A DNA stretch of 64,000 nucleotides. Source: a virus (Duplodnaviria > Caudoviricetes). The position numbers and the translations under genes were made by a program. Positions 58,244 to 64,000 of the stretch are shown here, piece by piece. The stretch is taken from IMG/VR virus record IMGVR_UViG_3300005758_000087, positions 1 through 64,000 of that record, one strand, 5' to 3'. The notes under the pieces are model-generated. The model was not told the DNA's origin. It did no database searches and saw only the letters and a list, made by a program, of their open reading frames with translations. How positions within the stretch are numbered: the first letter of the stretch is position 1; the number at the start of each line of letters is the position of its first letter.

Positions 58244-59198
58244 TCTTTTTCTTCCTCATTTCTAATTTTATTTTACTTGTAGTGGCGTTTTCTAATATAC
58301 TTAACAATGTAGCCAATTTACCGTATTTTATTACAGCGTCGTTCACATCTTTAACATCTTCGTCCCAGTTGGGTAAACTAACATGATAGCCTAATTGCAA
58401 TGCTTTGTCGATTACCTTTAATCCAGTTTTATCTCTGTCTGGAACCAAAATGATTTTTTTATTTAATTGAGATAACAATACCGCTTGGTCATTGCTTATA
58501 TCGTCGTGCATCAAAGCTACACCATCTATACTTAATGCATCAAAAATTCCCTCAGTTACAATACATACTTGCCAATTTTCTTGTTGCCTGTCGATGTTGA
58601 ATACATATCCGGGCTGTTGATCATTAATAAATTTAGGTAATTTTCCGTCTATAAATCTAGTGGTATGACCTACTATATTATTATTATAAGTGTACGGAAT
58701 AATTATGCCATGTTTGGTTCTACTATCTGCGTTAGGATTCACATAAAATGTATATTTTTCTATATCAATTTTTCTTCTACGTAGATAATCTACATACACT
58801 GAGTGATCCTCATTAGTAGAGTCCAACACCTCACAGTCAGGTAATTTTTTATTCTTAAATTTTACGGTGTGTGTTTTTTTCTTTTCTAAGAGAACGTCTA
58901 ATAGGTCCCGATGTTTTAAACTTTCTAGGCTCCACCGTTGCACTTGGTCTGAATCTACCCCTAACCATTGCAAAAATTGTTTAGTTTTGTTTGAAATGGT
59001 TTTACCTAAGGTAAAACTACATGAGTACCCGCAATTAAAACAGTGCATTACCCAGTCATTTCCCGAAATTTTTAAGCCGCCTCGAAAACGTGTGTCCGGT
59101 CGATGCCCTCGATGGCTGCAACAAATAGCGTTAAAGCTGATCCAACCGCTATTTGTTGCCCTTTTTTTACCGGAGATTAGTGATAGGATATCAAACAT
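58230..59198 (-). CDS. gp61: DNA primase (Zn-binding domain plus TOPRIM)
   Basis: CC..H...HCFNC Zn domain; VTEGIFDA; VPDRDKTG; KDVND. Confidence 0.88.
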   Translation of the reverse strand: MFDILSLISGKKRATNSGWISFNAICCSHRGHRPDTRFRGGLKISGNDWVMHCFNCGYSCSFTLGKTISNKTKQFLQWLGVDSDQVQRWSLESLKHRDLLDVLLEKKKTHTVKFKNKKLPDCEVLDSTNEDHSVYVDYLRRRKIDIEKYTFYVNPNADSRTKHGIIIPYTYNNNIVGHTTRFIDGKLPKFINDQQPGYVFNIDRQQENWQVCIVTEGIFDALSIDGVALMHDDISNDQAVLLSQLNKKIILVPDRDKTGLKVIDKALQLGYHVSLPNWDEDVKDVNDAVIKYGKLATLLSILENATTSKIKLEMRKKKIGRV

Positions 59199-59205
59199 AC
59201 TTAGT

Positions 59206-59234
59206 ATTTTAACATACTATGTATCTGATAACAA
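59206..59234 (-). promoter_or_regulatory. Sigma70-type promoter for primase-helicase
   Basis: TTGTTA-17-TAAAAT with extended -10 TG. Confidence 0.55.
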
Positions 59235-59236
59235 TA

Positions 59237-59983
59237 TTATCTGGCTAAAATTTTAGTAATATTGCCCTGAGTACTTACAAACTTTAATCTAATATAGGGG
59301 TGGTATCCATTTATCACGTATCCGTCTGTATCCGTACTATTCAAGTAAGAGTGCGGGGACTCAATGTCATACCAATCACTGTCTGGAACAGTCGATCCCT
59401 GAATTTGTATGTTTCCGGAGTAATTATCCATATATGGTTGAATAGTTATTATCGGATTATCATTGGTGTATACTACACTACTGTAGTATGTTTCAGTACT
59501 GGCATTAGGAGTAGGATGACTGGGTATAGTAACCTCGGTCGCCGGAACAAAACTAGGAAGTATGCTGTCTACAACTTCAATAACTCCTCGGGAACTAGCA
59601 TCGCTACCAACAAAAACCGGAAGGTCAAGCCCCGAACTAGATATTTCTAAACTATAATAACAAAGTTGGGTATCTATGTTTTCTATCTCACTGCTGGTCA
59701 CTAGTAGTTCAGCCAGTCCATTTAATGCTAATGTAGGGGTAAGTGACTTTCTTAAAAGAATTTCAGTTCCGTTGTTATTGAGCAACCTAAAACCTATTTC
59801 AATTTGACTTATATTTACTGGTTTTTGTTCTTGATTTAGGAACTGAAACTGTAATTTATTGTCAACGCCCTTGTTCAATTTTAAATTTTTTGCATACACT
59901 AGTTGGTACCTCCGTGGTGAGTTTCCGTCGAAAAAGACAACAATTTGTCTAGGTGTAAATATATAAACACTGGTCGAATACAC
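59237..59983 (-). CDS. Hypothetical beta-rich protein, probably virion
   Basis: 248 aa; TATAAATA at 60001-60008. Confidence 0.55.
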   Translation of the reverse strand: MYSTSVYIFTPRQIVVFFDGNSPRRYQLVYAKNLKLNKGVDNKLQFQFLNQEQKPVNISQIEIGFRLLNNNGTEILLRKSLTPTLALNGLAELLVTSSEIENIDTQLCYYSLEISSSGLDLPVFVGSDASSRGVIEVVDSILPSFVPATEVTIPSHPTPNASTETYYSSVVYTNDNPIITIQPYMDNYSGNIQIQGSTVPDSDWYDIESPHSYLNSTDTDGYVINGYHPYIRLKFVSTQGNITKILAR

Positions 59984-60056
59984 AGTAAACTCCTTTATAC
60001 TATTTATAAAAATGTATTGGGTAACCTAGTTTGATAAATACCCTAAATAAATCGCA

Positions 60057-60437
60057 ATGATACATAACGAATTTTTTAAAAAACTAAGCGAAAATCATCC
60101 GTTCATAACTGTGTGCTCCTACGCCGGGCAAGATTACGTAGGCATAGTACAAAATCGTGATGATGTGGTAACCACAATATACGATTACGGGGCTATAATT
60201 CACCAAGAATTAAGAGAAAAATTTTTAGAATTAGGCGACGTATGGTGGTGGGAAAGTAATAGACTAGTACCTATAAATATGTTTTTAAAAGACGAGTGGG
60301 ACATATTTAAACCCTATATAAGAACATTCAATAACAAAAGCTTAACTATTCTTCATGGCCCAATTTGCAGTATGCTAGAATTAAGTAAAAGAAAATCAAA
60401 AAGAAAATCAATTACCCTCGTTAAAAGAATGATCTAG
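60057..60437 (+). CDS. Conserved hypothetical protein
   Basis: 126 aa; GATAAATA at 60033-60040 upstream. Confidence 0.65.
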   Translation: MIHNEFFKKLSENHPFITVCSYAGQDYVGIVQNRDDVVTTIYDYGAIIHQELREKFLELGDVWWWESNRLVPINMFLKDEWDIFKPYIRTFNNKSLTILHGPICSMLELSKRKSKRKSITLVKRMI

Positions 60438-61001
60438 TTCCTCCAACAAATTCATGTGTACTACTACCAAATGAGCATAACTGATGGAATGTGACTTTTT
60501 AAAAGTATATCCATCTTCTGATTTATTCCATACTGTTTCGGCAACTTCTTTCCAAGTCTTTCCTATTAAATGCTTTTTTCCGGGTCTTATGCAAGCCAAA
60601 AACATTGCTAATCTGGGTATGCTATCGATAGGTTCCGGCATTTTTAAAATGTTATGATATTGATTTCCCAAATGTATTAGTTTTTCTACGAAACTTCTTT
60701 CTTTCAACCTAGCCCAGTTAGGATCCTTCATTAAAGAAATTAAATGCTCCTCGTTTTTAATTTTATCGTAGACATGAACATTTAAAAAATCTAATTTTAT
60801 ATACCCGCGTTGCTCCGCTTCTGTATAGTCGATATTAGCCATGTCATTTATGGCATCGTATGGGATTTCAGTGACATGTATTCCGGTTGCATGTTTTCTA
60901 ATCGGAGTTACATTTCGCATAGCTGCAGGAATATATTTTATATGCTCTAAAATTTTACTCCTATCAGAAAAATCGATATCTATGTCACTGTTAAATTTCA
61001 T
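60408..61001 (-). CDS. dnaE: DNA polymerase III alpha-like fragment 2 (catalytic palm, minimised)
   Basis: SDIDIDF (=PDFDVDF), RKHATG (=KHAGG), IKLDFLNV (=VKFDFLGL), IRPG (=YRPG), YTFKKSHSISYA (=YGFNKSHSAAYA). Confidence 0.8.
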   Translation of the reverse strand: MKFNSDIDIDFSDRSKILEHIKYIPAAMRNVTPIRKHATGIHVTEIPYDAINDMANIDYTEAEQRGYIKLDFLNVHVYDKIKNEEHLISLMKDPNWARLKERSFVEKLIHLGNQYHNILKMPEPIDSIPRLAMFLACIRPGKKHLIGKTWKEVAETVWNKSEDGYTFKKSHSISYAHLVVVHMNLLEELDHSFNEGN

Positions 61002-61015
61002 GATTATATATTTGG

Positions 61016-61573
61016 TTAAGGTAATAGTCGAGCAGCAACTAGTTTTTTATATGCTGCCTGTACCACAATAGCTTGTCTTTCTGCATCTTCTACTGCTTTA
61101 TGTGTAGTCACGTGTCCGCCGTCTTTAAGTTTAACCTTAGTCATTTCAAATAACGTTCTTGTATCTCGAACAGTGTAGAATGGCCATGGGATAGGATTGG
61201 GTTTATCAGTCAATGTTTGTCTCATGGCAGTCTCCATAACTACTACATCAAATGGTGCTCCGTGGCTCCAAACTGCTCGTCTGTTCCAGCAAAATTTATA
61301 GAGTGTTTCCATACAGTCTTTTAGTGACTGTCTGTTCTCTTCTGAGAAAGCTTCTTCTAACGCAGCCGGATTTTGTGTTGACCACCATCTGATAGTATCC
61401 TCATTAATCACTCTATTATAGATTTCAGTTTGATCCTCAATTGTGGGTCGTAATTCTAATTTTTCAACTATACCGTCGCCGTATGGATCAAACCTCACTG
61501 CACCTATTGTAAGAATTACACAATATGGACTAGTGTCCAATGTTTCTAAATCTATCATTATGTCGTTAGCCAT
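61016..61573 (-). CDS. DEDDh 3'-5' exonuclease (Rv2179c/DexA-like)
   Basis: MIDLETL, WSHGAPFD, RDTRT, H.A..DA. Confidence 0.85.
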   Translation of the reverse strand: MANDIMIDLETLDTSPYCVILTIGAVRFDPYGDGIVEKLELRPTIEDQTEIYNRVINEDTIRWWSTQNPAALEEAFSEENRQSLKDCMETLYKFCWNRRAVWSHGAPFDVVVMETAMRQTLTDKPNPIPWPFYTVRDTRTLFEMTKVKLKDGGHVTTHKAVEDAERQAIVVQAAYKKLVAARLLP

Positions 61574-61574
61574 A

Positions 61575-61850
61575 TTATTGTGTTAAAATATCAATCAATT
61601 CTTTCTTTCGTTCTTCTTGCCATATATGGAATGTCTGATCGTTGTCGCATTCTCTGATATAGCGCATTACATTTTTATACCCAGCTGCATTTATGGCTTC
61701 CCCCAAATACCAAACTAGTACGGGTACACCATAATTATAAACAACGAATGACATAGGATCGGTCGGGTGCTGATTCCAGCAAAATTCAAGAAATTTTGCC
61801 TCTTCTAATATAGGAATTTTTTCTAAATATGTTTTGCTCATATCATCCAC
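61575..61850 (-). CDS. Hypothetical protein
   Basis: 91-aa ORF. Confidence 0.55.
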   Translation of the reverse strand: MDDMSKTYLEKIPILEEAKFLEFCWNQHPTDPMSFVVYNYGVPVLVWYLGEAINAAGYKNVMRYIRECDNDQTFHIWQEERKKELIDILTQ

Positions 61851-62122
61851 ATTTCATACATTGTTTTCAATCGATCTTCCCATACCTCTATTATAACACA
61901 GCCGCCGGCAAAATAGAAGTCCCAACCCACTGATCTTTCGCCGAAGTTTTTTCTTAACCATTTTACAATTTTTGTGGGGTCTTCTTTTCTATGTTTACAA
62001 TCGTAAGTGTATACAGTTTTATTACCAGAATGCCATTTGTTGTCTCTAGATTCAGGTGAATGTTTTACATTAGATATTGGAACTAGTAGCCCTGCGTTTA
62101 GTCCGGTGTTTAGTTTAGCCAT
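61838..62122 (-). CDS. Small protein, divergent member of the FxL[KR]W family
   Basis: KWLRKNFG...YEMW. Confidence 0.55.
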   Translation of the reverse strand: MAKLNTGLNAGLLVPISNVKHSPESRDNKWHSGNKTVYTYDCKHRKEDPTKIVKWLRKNFGERSVGWDFYFAGGCVIIEVWEDRLKTMYEMWMI

Positions 62123-62129
62123 AATTATT

Positions 62130-62354
62130 TTATTTAAATTTTATTGCAAACCATGTAGCTATTTCTTCTTTGTAGAAGGAAAAGACCACATAACGATCTT
62201 GTTTTGGTTCTTGGTCATATGAATAACTATCAAATATGGGAGGGTGGTATTCAAACGCAAAGTCAATTCCTTGAGCATATCCCAAATCTCTGATAATTCT
62301 TACTACATCCATGGCCTTCGCCGGCGACCACCCATCGCATATTACTTTCGTCAT
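62130..62354 (-). CDS. Small FxL[KR]W-family protein
   Basis: Ends FSFYKEEIATWFAIKFK. Confidence 0.65.
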   Translation of the reverse strand: MTKVICDGWSPAKAMDVVRIIRDLGYAQGIDFAFEYHPPIFDSYSYDQEPKQDRYVVFSFYKEEIATWFAIKFK

Positions 62355-62566
62355 AAATGTTTAAGCATAAAAAAAGTTGCCAGTTCCTCATCTTGAATAA
62401 AAAGTTGCCAAGTAACTCCTTTTAATTCAGTATCATATATCTTTTTTACTACCCAGCCCTCGCCACCTATAGCATTGTGAAAATAAAACATTCTAGGACC
62501 AATATGTTTTAACAACCAATCTTCTTGCTCAGGAGTTAAAGTTTTCTTAAGATTAATTACAGCCAT
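62351..62566 (-). CDS. Small FxL[KR]W-family protein
   Basis: WLLKHIG...IQDEELATFFMLKHL. Confidence 0.65.
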   Translation of the reverse strand: MAVINLKKTLTPEQEDWLLKHIGPRMFYFHNAIGGEGWVVKKIYDTELKGVTWQLFIQDEELATFFMLKHL

Positions 62567-62841
62567 TTTAAAGAAAATAATGTTGCATCTTTACTGTCTT
62601 CAAACGCAATCTGTGACCCCCCACATATTTTATATTTTCCTATACAGTTCTGCTTCAACCAATTATTATAATTTGATACTATCATATTTGATGGGTTTGT
62701 AATATGCGACAATTTTATTCCAGTCCAATTGCTGCAATTAACTAACAACCAATATTCTACATCGTCATCTATGGCTCTAATCATTTCATTAGCCATATCT
62801 TCTATTACTATATTAGCTAACGGTTCATGTTTATTATTCAT
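62557..62841 (-). CDS. Small FxL[KR]W-family protein
   Basis: WLKQNC...FEDSKDATLFSLKWL. Confidence 0.65.
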   Translation of the reverse strand: MNNKHEPLANIVIEDMANEMIRAIDDDVEYWLLVNCSNWTGIKLSHITNPSNMIVSNYNNWLKQNCIGKYKICGGSQIAFEDSKDATLFSLKWL

Positions 62842-63070
62842 ATCTTAGAACAAACCAATTTCTATCTTGTGCTTTTTTAAAATAAAACCCTGAATTATTC
62901 AAAAACCAATTATTTTTTTCAAAATTTGCAAGACACCAATTATACATGTTAACTTCATGAAAGATCGTATCGAGCCCGAATGGACGCCATTCAATTTGTG
63001 CCAAGTAGTATACTAATCCATTGATCTTAGTTTCTTCAGTTAGTATAACATATTCGAATCTATCACTCAT
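62834..63070 (-). CDS. Small FxL[KR]W-family protein
   Basis: WCLANF...FYFKKAQDRNWFVLRYE. Confidence 0.65.
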   Translation of the reverse strand: MSDRFEYVILTEETKINGLVYYLAQIEWRPFGLDTIFHEVNMYNWCLANFEKNNWFLNNSGFYFKKAQDRNWFVLRYE

Positions 63071-63513
63071 GAAAATTTCAGATTAAACCACATATAATCT
63101 TTATCGCTAACAAATGCAAAAACAACAATATCTTCTGCCCCAAAATCATTAATCAGCCATTGCTTACTAACCAACATGTCTTTATAATCTACTCTCTCGA
63201 CTTCCATAACTCTATGAATGTCTGTCCTCCAAAAGTGCTTACAGTTTAAAATACACCAATTTTTTAAATTATCAAGCGCAATATCACAATTATCACAATT
63301 ATCAAATTTATTGATTATAGTTCGAGCAGTGAAAATAACAGTATACGGATAAAGTTTATAAAATTCATGTATAGTATCAGCATATCGATTAACTAAAATG
63401 TCGTTTTTTCTGTGATATTGGTACCAACTATTTACCCGTGCTTCTTTAAATAGAATTTTTCTAAAACTTAGTTTAAAATAAGCTTTGACTTTTCTGACAA
63501 GATTCATAGCCAC
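63067..63513 (-). CDS. FxL[KR]W-family protein with N-terminal extension
   Basis: WCILNC...FAFVSDKDYMWFNLKFS. Confidence 0.65.
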   Translation of the reverse strand: MAMNLVRKVKAYFKLSFRKILFKEARVNSWYQYHRKNDILVNRYADTIHEFYKLYPYTVIFTARTIINKFDNCDNCDIALDNLKNWCILNCKHFWRTDIHRVMEVERVDYKDMLVSKQWLINDFGAEDIVVFAFVSDKDYMWFNLKFS

Positions 63514-63722
63514 CTAAGCGCAAATCTTATTGCATCTTCTTCATTTGAAAAGTAAAAATTCATAGCTTCCTCATGAAACTCACAATAATATGTTCCATAA
63601 CCAGGAAAACCAAATGTTTCTAAAGCCCAAATAGAAGCATTAGTCCATTGTGACGTATCATATGGTAACCGTACTTTAGTACCCTGCTTGCTTGAGCGTG
63701 TCTTTAACTTCTCTTGTAACAT
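63504..63722 (-). CDS. Small FxL[KR]W-family protein
   Basis: WALETFG...FYFSNEEDAIRFALRWL. Confidence 0.65.
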   Translation of the reverse strand: MLQEKLKTRSSKQGTKVRLPYDTSQWTNASIWALETFGFPGYGTYYCEFHEEAMNFYFSNEEDAIRFALRWL

Positions 63723-63999
63723 CTGGTTCTCTTTTAAATTTTAAAGCCCACAGTTCCGGATTAATATATTCAATAATCATCCTAACATGGTCTTGATTTA
63801 ACTTATCTAAAAATTGAGTTCCACTGACACTTTGATATAGAATCCATGGGCTTATTTTTCCATTGGTAATAGCATAACATATTTTATTGACATTCCCATA
63901 TCTTAACATGTCTGAAAATTGTATATTTTCTGCTTCTGCCAGTTCTATGCAAGTTTGGACACTCCTAGAAATGGCATCAAACGGATTCTCGTACCGTAA
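63676..63999 (-). CDS. C-terminal part of a hypothetical protein, 5'-truncated by the window edge
   Basis: Frame is open to the window end (LRYENPFDAISRS...MLRYGN...); the track ORF starts at an internal Met. Confidence 0.65.
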   Translation of the reverse strand, partial: LRYENPFDAISRSVQTCIELAEAENIQFSDMLRYGNVNKICYAITNGKISPWILYQSVSGTQFLDKLNQDHVRMIIEYINPELWALKFKREPDVTREVKDTLKQAGY

Positions 64000-64000
64000 A

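Noticed and set aside
1-64000. Alternative genetic code (stop-codon reassignment) as seen in some large phages
   Set aside because: Conserved genes are full length and tightly packed under the standard code.
1-64000. tRNA, rRNA, group I/II introns, inteins
   Set aside because: Intergenic gaps are too short and no T-loop (GTTCRA) cloverleaf, intron-like interruption or intein motif was recognised by eye; a tRNAscan or Infernal run would be needed to exclude them formally.

Overview
A 64 kb AT-rich segment of a large T4-like contractile-tailed (myovirus) jumbo phage. Gene content and order resemble the RaK2/GAP32/Atu_ph07-like group and its uncultured freshwater relatives (inference from gene content, not from a search). 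Most genes are on the minus strand. The window holds virion genes (tail sheath, tail tube, neck gp13/gp14, gp15, gp4, tail fibre, Ig-like baseplate protein, GH19 lysin), replication genes (gp41-like helicase, primase, clamp loader, dNMP kinase, exonucleases), host-like stress and chaperone genes (Dps, ClpA, DnaJ, GroES, PhoH, BI-1/YccA, pirin, MazG-like, GGQ release-factor domain) and two accessory arrays of small genes (about 39.3-43.3 kb and 61.6-63.7 kb). Recurrent (G/C/T)ATAAATA late-promoter motifs, several near-consensus sigma70 promoters and intrinsic terminators are visible. No tRNA, rRNA, CRISPR array or transposase was recognised. The most striking observations are: (1) an 876-aa apparent polyprotein whose modules are joined by a DNA-conserved GVAEG linker, a predicted prohead-protease site and possible shuffling site, within a wider set of putative capsid-cargo proteins; (2) a minimised C-family (DnaE) polymerase split into two genes 42 kb apart, with the break exactly between FERFL- and -DxDxD; (3) an early-gene cassette array joined by a frame-independent GGAGTTGAAGAATGA repeat; (4) three tandem paralogs with a 12-nt minisatellite hypervariable core; (5) a multi-hairpin 5' leader upstream of a virion gene. 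All functional calls come from motif recognition by eye; no database search was run.
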